From Pseudomonadota bacterium (GTDB taxonomy: Bacteria > Verrucomicrobiota > Verrucomicrobiia > Limisphaerales > SXTU01): a stretch of 64,000 bases of DNA. The stretch covers positions 2,188 through 66,187 of the forward strand of contig RFVF01000014.1 of assembly GCA_009922615.1 (NCBI GenBank). Direction: 5' to 3'. Made by a program: the position numbers and the translations under genes. Within the stretch, counting starts at the first letter, position 1, and every line of letters starts with the position of its first letter. Of the stretch, positions 34,502 to 43,766 are shown piece by piece. The notes under the pieces were generated by a model. It saw nothing but the letters and a program-made list of their open reading frames with translations. It was not told where the DNA came from and ran no database searches.

Positions 34502-35473
34502 ATGAATGTCTTTGTCACCGGTGGCGCGGGCTACATCGGCTCGGTGTGCGTGGAGGAGTTGATCAACGCGGGGCACACGGTGACGGTGTTCGACAATCTT
34601 TCGGAGGGCCATCGTTCGGCGGTGGACCCACGCGCGCGGTTCCTGCTCGGCGACCTCGCGGATCGCGAGCTGGTGGCGCGCTCGCTGACCGAGGCGCGGG
34701 CGGAGGCCGTGATTCACTTTGCGGCGCACGCGTTGGTGGGAGAATCCATGCAGAACCCCGGGAAGTATTTCCGCAACAATGTCGCCAACGGCCTTAACCT
34801 GCTGGATGCCGCCGTGGCCGCGCATGTGCGGAAGTTCGTCTTCAGCTCGACCTGCGCGACTTACGGCGTGCCCGAGCAGATGCCGATGGACGAGACGTTG
34901 CCGCAGCGACCGGTGAATCCCTATGGCGAGTCCAAGCTCATGTTCGAGCGGATGCTGCAATGGTATCAGCAACTGCATGGGCTGGAGTTTGTGGCGTTCC
35001 GGTATTTCAACGCCGCCGGGGCGAGCAAGAAATTCGGCGAGCACCATCGCGTTGAAACCCATTTGATCCCCAACGTGCTGAAGGTCGCGCTGGGCCAGAA
35101 AGAGCAGTGCGACATTTTCGGAACCAACTATCCCACGCTCGATGGCACGTGCATCCGCGACTACATCCACATCGTGGATCTGGCACAGGCGCACATCCTC
35201 GCGCTGGCGCCAGGCAAGCAAGGTTTCTTCAATCTGGGCAACGGTTCCGGCTACTCCGTGCGCGAGGTCATTCAGGCTTGCGAGCGCGTTTCCGGCCGGT
35301 CGATCAAGGCCGTTGAGCAGCCTCGTCGGCCCGGCGATCCGCCGCGTCTGGTGGCGGCGGCGGACAAGGCGCTCCGGGAGTTGGACTGGCGACCCAAATT
35401 TCCCAAGCTGGAAGACATCGTGGCCACCGCGTGGGACTGGCACCGACGGCACCCGCAGGGTTATCGCGATTGA
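34502..35473 (+). CDS. galE: UDP-glucose 4-epimerase
   Basis: 323 aa. MNVFVTGGAGYIGS Rossmann motif, YGESK catalytic motif, overall GalE pattern. Confidence 0.9.
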   Translation: MNVFVTGGAGYIGSVCVEELINAGHTVTVFDNLSEGHRSAVDPRARFLLGDLADRELVARSLTEARAEAVIHFAAHALVGESMQNPGKYFRNNVANGLNLLDAAVAAHVRKFVFSSTCATYGVPEQMPMDETLPQRPVNPYGESKLMFERMLQWYQQLHGLEFVAFRYFNAAGASKKFGEHHRVETHLIPNVLKVALGQKEQCDIFGTNYPTLDGTCIRDYIHIVDLAQAHILALAPGKQGFFNLGNGSGYSVREVIQACERVSGRSIKAVEQPRRPGDPPRLVAAADKALRELDWRPKFPKLEDIVATAWDWHRRHPQGYRD

Positions 35474-35718
35474 GCGCGGCTACGGAAATCACCTGACAAA
35501 GAATTTTCGCACAACCCAGCGGTGTCGCTGTCTATGACCCGTTGTGACTAGCCAGGCCGCAGTTTTTCATCGGGATGGGTTTGACGCGCCGCCTCCAGAC
35601 CGACCCACGGCGGTTGCTGAGTGCCCGCCCGCCACTGTTTTGGAATGGACAAAAGCCCGGTGCATCCCTTCAAGTATGGCTTCTTTTGCGGCGCGGAAAT
35701 TGAACTGACAACCCCAGC

Positions 35719-38700
35719 ATGAGCGCGGAAAAACCCAAGCCCAACGACAACCGGAAATCGGAGGCCAAGGCCAAGGCCGCCCCGCCCGAACCCACGGTCC
35801 TGCCGCCAGTTCCGCCGCTGTTTCGTCCGGTGGACTGGCTGACCTTCGCCATCACGACGCTACTGGTGTTCCTCGGATATTACTGGACGCTCGCACCGGA
35901 CCTGACGCTGGAAGACTCCGGCGAGTTGGCAGTGGGTTCGTTCTACGCGGCCGTGCCGCATCCGCCGGGCTATCCTGTTTGGTCGGTCTTCTCTTGGCTG
36001 GTCTGCAAACTTGTGCCCGTCTCCAACATCGCGTGGCGCGTCGCGCTTGCCTCGGCCATTCAGGGGGCGCTGGGGTGCGGGCTCATCGGCATGATGGTTT
36101 CCCGCGGGAGCGCGATGATCATTGAGGGCTTTGAGAGCCTCAAGGGTATTGATCCCAAGGTGGAAAAGGCCATCTGCGTGGTGTGCGGCTACGTGGCCGG
36201 AATGTTGATGGGCTTTAATGGCTATCTCTGGAGCCAGGCTGTCATCGTCGAGGTTTATGCCATCAGCGTGTTGTCGCTTACCGGCTGCCTCATCTTCCTG
36301 ATGCGCTGGATGCACGCGCCACATCAACGCCGCTGGCTGTTCTGGTCTGTGTTTCTGCTGGGCATCTGCTTCACCAACCACCAGACACTGCTCGTCGCTG
36401 CCATCGGTATCGAGGTGGCCGTGCTGGCACGCGACGTGAAACTCGGGCGGGATGTGTTCTTCGGCAACGTAGTCCTCTTCGCCCTGTTTGGTCTGATCTT
36501 GTTGGTGCGCTACGGCGGGGCCGGCGGCATTGCAAACTCCGGATTGAACCTTGCCTACGTCAAGGCCTTCGTCGTCATCGGCCTAGCTTCCACGGCCGTG
36601 ACACTCTGGTTGTTTTTCCACACCGGTGCCAAGCTGGGTTCGGAATGGAAGCCCGCACTGGGCATGTTGTTCAGTTGGATTCTCGGAGCTTCGTTCTACC
36701 TCTATATGCCGCTGGCCGGCATGACCGATCCGCCGATGCAATGGGGCTACCCCCGCACGGTCGAGGGCTTCCTGCACGCGTTGACACGTGGGCAATACGA
36801 AAAAGGCAATCCCACTTCCGGCCTAAACTACTTCTTCGGCCAGCTCCAGACTTACGTGGACGGATCCATCGAAGAAATGAACATCGTTTATCTCTTCATC
36901 GGCTTGATTCCGTTGGCGATCGTCTTCTACCGGCGTATCGAACAGGAGGAGAAGGTCTGGCTCGGAGCGGCCTCCGGCCTCTATGTCTTCGTCTGCCTCT
37001 TCAAGCTGGCGACGCACACGGCGGAATACCGCCCCGTGGTCCCCGGTATGATTTACGGCTACCTGTTTCTGCTGATTGGGATCATCCCCTTTATCTTCCT
37101 GCGCCACGCAGGTGGGCGGGCCGAGCGCGCCTGGCTCGCTGGATTGACGACTGTGTTTTTGTTTCTGTCGTTGATGCTGATCTACCTGCTGAACCCGCCT
37201 CCGGACCGGCAGGCCCAGCAATTGAACCGCGTCTTCTTCACGGCTTCCTACGTCCCGGTGGCCATGCTGGTGGGTTACGGGTTGGCGATGATCGCCGCCG
37301 CCGTGGTGACGCAATACGCGCTGTTCCGGCGGGCGCTGCTGGCCGGGTGCGCCGTGGCCTCGGGCGTGGCATGGTATGCGCTGGATGACCTGCGCGTGGA
37401 ATATCCGCTGGCCATCATGACTGCGCAGTTCGCGCTCGGCTTGGCCGTGGTCTCCACCCTCGTGTTTGCGGTGTGCCGAACCCGCGTGCCGATGGTGCTG
37501 CTGCTCGCCATTTACGCGGTGATGCCGGCGCACACCGTTCTTTCCCACTGGTCGGACAACGAACAACGCGGCCACCTCTTCGGCTTCTGGTTCGGTCACG
37601 ACATGTTCACGCCGCCGGTCGAAACCAAGGACGGCCAGCTCACCTACGACCGCAAGGAACGGGAAGCCGCTTTGAAAGATCCCGCGCGGGCGAAATTTAC
37701 CTACCCCGAGATGACGCCGCATACCGTGCTGTTTGGCGGCACGGACCCCGGCCGCTTCTGTCCGACTTACATGATTTTCTGCGAAAGCTTCATCAAGCCC
37801 GAGCAGCGCCGAAATCCCGACTTTGACCGCCGCGATGTTTACATCATCACCCAGAACGCCCTCGCGGACGCCACCTACCTGATGTATATCCGCGCGCACT
37901 ACAATCGCAGCACGCAGAAGGACCCGCCCTTCTTCGCCGGCTGTGTGGATCACATCCAAGGAGCGCTCCTGAGCAAGGGCGAGCGCGACAAGCGGGCTCG
38001 GGGCCAGCCTTTCCATATGGGTGCGGCCTCGCGCTTGGTCGGCCTCGGCGAATATATCGCTCGACCGCTGGACTGGCTGTTCGGCGAAAAGATCGGCAAG
38101 GGCATCGAGCGCGAACGGCGCGCGGGCTCCTCATTCTTCGAACCAGAGCACTTCACCAACGTCAAGGCGCTCGCCGCGAAACTGCAATCCGGGCCCCAGC
38201 AAGACGCCTTGTCCAAATGGCTTGCGGAAAAACTCAGCGAATCCACGCGCCGTCTCCTCGCCAGCGCTGATGAAGGCGCGCTGCGCAAAGCCCTCGCCGC
38301 GGACTTCAACGAACTCATCGAGCGCGAAATGCCCGAGCGCTGGAGAGTGTTCGAGGATCTGCACCGCATCTACGCGGACCACGCCGAGTCCGAACGCCGC
38401 GCCCAGGAATCCGGTGCCACCGAGCCACAGTTGCGCGGCATCCGGGAGGCCCGCGAAGCGGCCATGCAAGCCCGGCGCGACCAGTTCTTCACCAACGGCG
38501 TGACTTTCTACCAGCCTGAACGCCTCGCCTCGGTGAAACTGGACGCACGGCTCCAGCGCTTCGCCAAACAGGATCTCACCTGGGCCGCCATCCGGCTCAA
38601 CCGTTTGCTGCTCGAAGCGGCCTACCCGGACGCGATCGCGAAGAGTGAAGGTGGCGTTTACCCCGACTTGGAAATCCACACGCCGACCATCGAGGATTCC

Positions 38701-40131
38701 TCCAAGGCCTTCACCGAATACGTCGAGGACGCGCGCAAGCGGCTGGAGCACGACATGAAGTCACCCAACGAGCCGAAGCAAATCCGGCCCGGCGAAGACG
38801 TGCGTTACGACGAGGCCACCGGCCGCATCCAAGTCAGCGGCCAAGTCGCCGTAATGTCCATCAACGGCCTGCTCACCAAGGTCATCTTCGACAAAAATCC
38901 TGATCACGACTTCTACGTCGAGGAGAGCTTCCCGCTCGACTGGATGTATCCGCACCTCACGCCCTCCGGCATCATCATGAAGATTAACCGGCAGCAACTG
39001 CCTGAGATGACGCAGGACATAGTCGATCGAGATCACCATTTCTGGAGCAAGTATTCCGAGCGGCTCATCGGCAACTGGATCACCTATGACACCACCGTCT
39101 CCAACATCTGCGAGTTCGCCGAGCAGGTGTATGTCCGGCGCAACTACAAGAACGTCAAAGTCGCCGGCAAGCAGGTCTTCCCCGACGGCCGCTTCGTCCG
39201 CGATGACGATGCGCAAAAAGCCTTCTCCAAACTGCGCAGCGCCATCGCCGGCGTCTATTTTTGGCGCATCAATGATGCCGGCCGGCGCGGCAACCTGGCC
39301 GAGCAGCAGCGCATGATCAAGGAGTGCGATTTCGCTTTCCGTCAGGCTTTCGCCTTCTGCCCCTACAGCCCGGAGGCGGTCTTCCGTTACACGAATCTCC
39401 TCATCAGCTTGGGGCGCGCCGATGACGCCCTCATGATCGCGCGCACGTTCTCGAAGCTCGATCCCAACAACCGCTCGGCCAAGGATCTCATCGAGCAGTT
39501 GACCTCCATCCGTCAGATGCAGGGCGCCAACATGCAGACACAAAACACGATCGCCCAGATCGAAAGCGCTTACCGCGCCAACCCGGCCAACGCCCAAGCC
39601 GGCTTGAACCTCGTGGCCGCCTACGTGCAAACCCGCCAGACCAACGCCGCGCTGGCCACGCTCGATGCCGTGGCTCCACTTGTCACCAGCGATGAGACGC
39701 TGCTGCTGCCCATCGTGCAGGCCTACCAAACCCTCGGCCAACCCGCCAAGGCCCAGATGAACCTCGCGCGGCTCATCCCGCTCTGCGATCAAATCCTCGC
39801 CGACCCTGCGGCTGATAACAACCGGCTCCAAACCGCGCTCCAAGGCTTCCAACTTGCCAGCAACGTGCCAAAACTTGAAGGCAGTCTGCAGCGCCTGTTG
39901 AAACTCAACCCCACCAGCCCCGAGCTTTGGTATGACCTCGGGGCCTTGCTCGCATTTCAGTCGAAGACCAACGCTGCCATCCAAGCCGTCAGCAACGCCA
40001 TTCACCACAGCAATGTGCGGCTGAAACAAGATCCCAAATCGCAAAACCTTCAGACCCTGGCCGCCTCCGATCCCCGCTTCACCACCATCCGCGCGCACCC
40101 CGATTTCCAAAAAGCCGCCGCGGCGAAGTGA
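35719..40131 (+). CDS. DUF2723 (GT-C-like, protein O-mannosyltransferase-related) polytopic membrane protein with long C-terminal TPR region
   Basis: 1470 aa. DSGELAVGSFYAAVPHPPGYPVW signature, more than 10 TM helices, TPR-like C-terminus. Confidence 0.85.
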   Translation: MSAEKPKPNDNRKSEAKAKAAPPEPTVLPPVPPLFRPVDWLTFAITTLLVFLGYYWTLAPDLTLEDSGELAVGSFYAAVPHPPGYPVWSVFSWLVCKLVPVSNIAWRVALASAIQGALGCGLIGMMVSRGSAMIIEGFESLKGIDPKVEKAICVVCGYVAGMLMGFNGYLWSQAVIVEVYAISVLSLTGCLIFLMRWMHAPHQRRWLFWSVFLLGICFTNHQTLLVAAIGIEVAVLARDVKLGRDVFFGNVVLFALFGLILLVRYGGAGGIANSGLNLAYVKAFVVIGLASTAVTLWLFFHTGAKLGSEWKPALGMLFSWILGASFYLYMPLAGMTDPPMQWGYPRTVEGFLHALTRGQYEKGNPTSGLNYFFGQLQTYVDGSIEEMNIVYLFIGLIPLAIVFYRRIEQEEKVWLGAASGLYVFVCLFKLATHTAEYRPVVPGMIYGYLFLLIGIIPFIFLRHAGGRAERAWLAGLTTVFLFLSLMLIYLLNPPPDRQAQQLNRVFFTASYVPVAMLVGYGLAMIAAAVVTQYALFRRALLAGCAVASGVAWYALDDLRVEYPLAIMTAQFALGLAVVSTLVFAVCRTRVPMVLLLAIYAVMPAHTVLSHWSDNEQRGHLFGFWFGHDMFTPPVETKDGQLTYDRKEREAALKDPARAKFTYPEMTPHTVLFGGTDPGRFCPTYMIFCESFIKPEQRRNPDFDRRDVYIITQNALADATYLMYIRAHYNRSTQKDPPFFAGCVDHIQGALLSKGERDKRARGQPFHMGAASRLVGLGEYIARPLDWLFGEKIGKGIERERRAGSSFFEPEHFTNVKALAAKLQSGPQQDALSKWLAEKLSESTRRLLASADEGALRKALAADFNELIEREMPERWRVFEDLHRIYADHAESERRAQESGATEPQLRGIREAREAAMQARRDQFFTNGVTFYQPERLASVKLDARLQRFAKQDLTWAAIRLNRLLLEAAYPDAIAKSEGGVYPDLEIHTPTIEDSSKAFTEYVEDARKRLEHDMKSPNEPKQIRPGEDVRYDEATGRIQVSGQVAVMSINGLLTKVIFDKNPDHDFYVEESFPLDWMYPHLTPSGIIMKINRQQLPEMTQDIVDRDHHFWSKYSERLIGNWITYDTTVSNICEFAEQVYVRRNYKNVKVAGKQVFPDGRFVRDDDAQKAFSKLRSAIAGVYFWRINDAGRRGNLAEQQRMIKECDFAFRQAFAFCPYSPEAVFRYTNLLISLGRADDALMIARTFSKLDPNNRSAKDLIEQLTSIRQMQGANMQTQNTIAQIESAYRANPANAQAGLNLVAAYVQTRQTNAALATLDAVAPLVTSDETLLLPIVQAYQTLGQPAKAQMNLARLIPLCDQILADPAADNNRLQTALQGFQLASNVPKLEGSLQRLLKLNPTSPELWYDLGALLAFQSKTNAAIQAVSNAIHHSNVRLKQDPKSQNLQTLAASDPRFTTIRAHPDFQKAAAAK

Positions 40132-40164
40132 TCGGGAAAAGGTCCGGAACCAACCGCCGCCAGC

Positions 40165-40758
40165 TCAGGCTGCCGCAAGAATCCGATCCAGTTGGGCCAT
40201 CGTCACCTCGGGGTTTCCTTCGGTCCAAATGACGTAGTCGGCTTGCGTCAGCTTCCGTTCGATGGGCCATTGCGCGGCGATCCGCTGCTGGATTTGTTCC
40301 GGCGTCCAGCCGCGCGCGAGCAACCGTTGATGCTGGGAAGCGGGCGAACATGCCACGCAGATGATCTTGTCGAAGGACTTGGCTGCGTTCGTCTCGTAAA
40401 GCAGCGGAATCACCACCACGCCCAGCTTCACCCCTGCCGCGCGCCAGGCCTCCACTTGCGCCTGCCAAAGCTCGCGGATGCGCGGATGCAAAATGGCCTC
40501 CAGCTGCCGGCGGGACATGTCACTGGCGAACACGCGCCGCGCCAATTCCTCGCGCCGCAACGAACCATCCGGTGCCAGCACCGCCGCGCCAAACATCTCT
40601 TGAATCGCCGCCAAGGCCGGCTGCCCCGGTTCCACGACCTTGCGCGCCAGCACGTCCGTGTCCACCACCGCCACGCCGCGCTGCGCGAGCAACTGCGCCA
40701 CCGTGCTCTTGCCCATGCCCACGCCACCGGTCAGCCCAAAAACTTTCGTCGGAATCAC
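40165..40758 (-). CDS. coaE: Dephospho-CoA kinase
   Basis: 197 aa with a GTG start. P-loop FGLTGGVGMGKST. Overall CoaE pattern. Confidence 0.9.
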   Translation of the reverse strand: MIPTKVFGLTGGVGMGKSTVAQLLAQRGVAVVDTDVLARKVVEPGQPALAAIQEMFGAAVLAPDGSLRREELARRVFASDMSRRQLEAILHPRIRELWQAQVEAWRAAGVKLGVVVIPLLYETNAAKSFDKIICVACSPASQHQRLLARGWTPEQIQQRIAAQWPIERKLTQADYVIWTEGNPEVTMAQLDRILAAA

Positions 40759-41003
40759 GGGGAAAAACTATCGGCCCGCCGGCCGCTGGCGCGAGCCTGA
40801 AATTGGACCGTCGCGGCGCAGGGGCGCGACGCTGTTTTGCTCGGCTGATTCCCGTAGCATGACCGGTTGCAAGAACCAGAGATGCGCGACTTGCTGGGCC
40901 GCGTCACAAGTTTGTTACTGAAAAAGTCCGGCGGATCGTTAGGGTCCGCCGTCAAACAGCGGATCGCTTCACCCCGGTGAGGCCGTTTGCGACATCGGAC
41001 TCA

Positions 41004-41657
41004 ATGCAAGCCTCTATCATCGCCCTAGTCTTGGCGCTCGCGACCGGCTCGGTCGCTGCCCAAGTGGCCGCGTCGGTGGAGGGGACCGTTGCACTTCCCA
41101 AGCCAGCGGCACCGGCCAGGCTCAACGCCCGTTACGCTGCCCAAGCCGGCGCATGGCTCCCGCCGGAGCCGCCCACCGCCGTCGTGTTCCTCGAAGGCGC
41201 ACCGTTGCCGCCCGACGACCGGCCGGCCACCAACGTTGTGCAGATGGTGCAGAAGGGCATGCAGTTTGGCCCGGGCCTGCTCGCGGTGCGCAAGGGCACG
41301 CGGGTCGAATTTCCCAACGCCGATGATTTTTACCACAACGTGTTTTCCTACTCGAAGGCCAAGCGTTTCGACCTCGGGCGCTTCCTGAAGGACGAGAAGG
41401 CACCCGCCATCACTTTCGATCAACCCGGCGTGGTGAAACTCTATTGCGAAATCCACGAACACATGCGTGGGACCGTCGTGGTGCTGGAGACGCCCTACTT
41501 TGTGAAGACCGACACCAACGGGGTGTATCGTCTCACCGGCTTGCCCGCCGGCCTGTTCAAGCTGAAGGCGTGGATTGACGAAAAGAATTCCTTCGAGCAG
41601 CCGGTGGACTTGAAGCCGGGCACCACCGCGCGTGTCAACTTTCCTGGTTCGCCCTGA
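41004..41657 (+). CDS. Secreted cupredoxin-like protein with C-terminal carboxypeptidase-regulatory-like beta-sandwich
   Basis: Track start 40977 is GTG. The ATG at 41004 gives the signal MQASIIALVLALATGSVAAQ. Possible type-1 Cu ligands are FYHNVFS and LYCEIHEHM. Confidence 0.7.
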   Translation: MQASIIALVLALATGSVAAQVAASVEGTVALPKPAAPARLNARYAAQAGAWLPPEPPTAVVFLEGAPLPPDDRPATNVVQMVQKGMQFGPGLLAVRKGTRVEFPNADDFYHNVFSYSKAKRFDLGRFLKDEKAPAITFDQPGVVKLYCEIHEHMRGTVVVLETPYFVKTDTNGVYRLTGLPAGLFKLKAWIDEKNSFEQPVDLKPGTTARVNFPGSP

Positions 41658-41795
41658 ACGGAACCGCTGACCAGCACCAATGAAGAGCCAGCCTGAACAT
41701 GAAGGAGCCGCGAGCTGCCCTGCGCGCGGCGGCGCCATGGCTCGGATTTCATTCGTTCCGCTTTGTGTCGGTTAGCTGTTCACCTGACCCTTGTC

Positions 41796-43766
41796 ATGCC
41801 GCGCCTCAGCTTTCGCTTCAAGCTCCTCTTCGCGATGATGCTCGTCGTGGGCGCGGTGTCCGGCGTGACGCTATACCTCACGCAGATGCGCGTGCAGGCC
41901 GCCTACGAGAAGCTGTTCAAGAAGACGCTCGAATCCCAGATCACCTACATCCCACGCGAGCAGGAGCTGCGCATCGGCAACATCAAGGCCGAGTGCGAGC
42001 GCCTTGCCAAGTCGGTGCGGATCATTTCCACTCTGGAAGATCCCGATGCCCAGTCGCAGCTTTACAGCGTCGCGCGAGACGAACTAAAAATCATCCTGCG
42101 TGCTGAGGAGGAACTAGCCAACGGCGACACGAATGCTCCTGTCGCGTCCCCGCCTTCCCCCCTGGCTTTAACTGTTCCGACACCCGAGCTGAAAGCTAGG
42201 CAGGTAGAACGGTTGGCCGTCAAAATGGCGGAAGCACCCAAGGCGGCGGAACGACTGGCGGCGAAAATGGCCGAGTCAGCTAAGAAAGGCGGTGGCCGTC
42301 CCGTCCCGCCGGCTGCGCCCAAGAAGATGCCCTACCTCGGCTTCCTTGATGCTGAGGGCAAGGTTGTCCCCATCCCCGAAAGCATGCACCAGCTCTCAGC
42401 GGATCGACGGCGATTTCATGAGCGACTGGCGCGCTTCGGACCGCTGGTGAGCAGGCTGGAATCGCAGCAGGTCGGCTACCTGAATCTGGGCGCGGATCAT
42501 CTCACGGAAATCATCGTTACACCGGTGCGCGATGACGAAAAGCTCATCGGCGCGATGGTTTATGGCATCCAGTTTTTCGACGTCGCCTCCGCCGTGACCG
42601 AGAAGATTATCAGCGACGTGAACGACATCGAGAGCGGCACCTGGCTCGAAGACAAGCTTTACACCCGCACCATTCCGGATGAAGTCCGCGACGACTTGGC
42701 CAAACAGCTCGCCCGCGAAATCCGCGCACACCCTGAGCCGCGCGACGATTTCATCATCAACCTCCACGACATCCCGCACCGCGTCTTTTACACCCCGCTC
42801 AACGAAGGCTCGCTGTTGCCCGTCGCCTACAAGATCGGGCTCTACTCGTGGGAGAGCGCGCTCAAGGCCCAGCAGGAGTTGCGCAAGCAGATTCTGACCT
42901 TCAGCGGCGCGGCCCTGATGGTCGCGCTCTTCGTCAGCCTCCTGCTGGCGCACGGCCTGTCGGTCCCGATTCGCGAACTCGTCGGCGGCACCGAGCAAAT
43001 CAGCCAGGGCAATTTCACCGTGCAAGTCCCCGTGCGCGGCCAGGACGACCTCGGTCAGCTCGCGCGGTCCTTCAACGAAATGGCCGCCGGCCTGGCCCTC
43101 AAGGAAAAATACCACAGCATCCTGCACACGATTGCCGACAAGGACGTGGCGCAGCAGCTTCTCGATGGCAAGATCGCGCTCGGCGGCGAGTTGCGCGAGG
43201 CCACGGTCATCTTCTGCGACATCCGGGGGTTCACCGCATTGACGCAGAACATGAACCCCACCGAGGTCATCGCGCTGCTCAATGAACACATGACCGCCCT
43301 CACCCGCGTCGTCACCGAGCACCACGGCGTGGTGGACAAGTTCATCGGCGACTCGATCATGGCGATCTTCGGGGCGCCCAAGAGCTACGGGAACGACGCG
43401 TTGAACGCCGTCCGCTGCGCGCAGCAGATGATGGCCGTGCGCGCCCGGCTCAACGAGACTTCGCACTACCACATCCAAATGGGCATCGGCATCGCCTCCG
43501 GTCGCGTGCTGGCGGGTAACATGGGCTCGGCCGACCGCTCGAACTACACGGTGCTGGGCGAGAAGGTGAACCTCGCCTCCCGCCTGTGCAGCGTCGCGCG
43601 GCGCGGCGAAATCGTGCTCGGCCCCACCACCCGCGCGTTGCTCGCCGAGCAGATCACGGTCGAGGAAATGGACCCGATGCAACTCAAAGGTTTCAGCGAC
43701 AGTGTCGTCGCGTTCAAGCTGGTCGAGGTGCGCGCCGAATCGCAGCCCATTCTGCAGCCTGCGTGA
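41796..43766 (+). CDS. Membrane class III adenylate/guanylate cyclase with ~340-aa periplasmic domain and HAMP
   Basis: ATG at 41796 (MPRLSFRFKLLFAMMLVVGAVSG). Second TM, then HAMP (PIRELVGGTEQISQGNF...ARSFNEMAAGL). Cyclase core ATVIFCDIRGFTALT...GDSIMAIFGAP. Confidence 0.9.
   Translation: MPRLSFRFKLLFAMMLVVGAVSGVTLYLTQMRVQAAYEKLFKKTLESQITYIPREQELRIGNIKAECERLAKSVRIISTLEDPDAQSQLYSVARDELKIILRAEEELANGDTNAPVASPPSPLALTVPTPELKARQVERLAVKMAEAPKAAERLAAKMAESAKKGGGRPVPPAAPKKMPYLGFLDAEGKVVPIPESMHQLSADRRRFHERLARFGPLVSRLESQQVGYLNLGADHLTEIIVTPVRDDEKLIGAMVYGIQFFDVASAVTEKIISDVNDIESGTWLEDKLYTRTIPDEVRDDLAKQLAREIRAHPEPRDDFIINLHDIPHRVFYTPLNEGSLLPVAYKIGLYSWESALKAQQELRKQILTFSGAALMVALFVSLLLAHGLSVPIRELVGGTEQISQGNFTVQVPVRGQDDLGQLARSFNEMAAGLALKEKYHSILHTIADKDVAQQLLDGKIALGGELREATVIFCDIRGFTALTQNMNPTEVIALLNEHMTALTRVVTEHHGVVDKFIGDSIMAIFGAPKSYGNDALNAVRCAQQMMAVRARLNETSHYHIQMGIGIASGRVLAGNMGSADRSNYTVLGEKVNLASRLCSVARRGEIVLGPTTRALLAEQITVEEMDPMQLKGFSDSVVAFKLVEVRAESQPILQPA

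Noticed and set aside
34373-35452. 359-aa minus-strand ORF
   Set aside because: It is antisense to galE, whose identity is unambiguous.
38761-40110. 449-aa minus-strand ORF (also 36823..38016 and 38131..38751)
   Set aside because: These are antisense to the DUF2723/TPR gene and have shadow-ORF composition.
40755-40955. 66-aa minus-strand ORF in the coaE/cupredoxin spacer
   Set aside because: It overlaps the coaE start region in the wrong arrangement and has no RBS or motif. It is more likely promoter or leader DNA.
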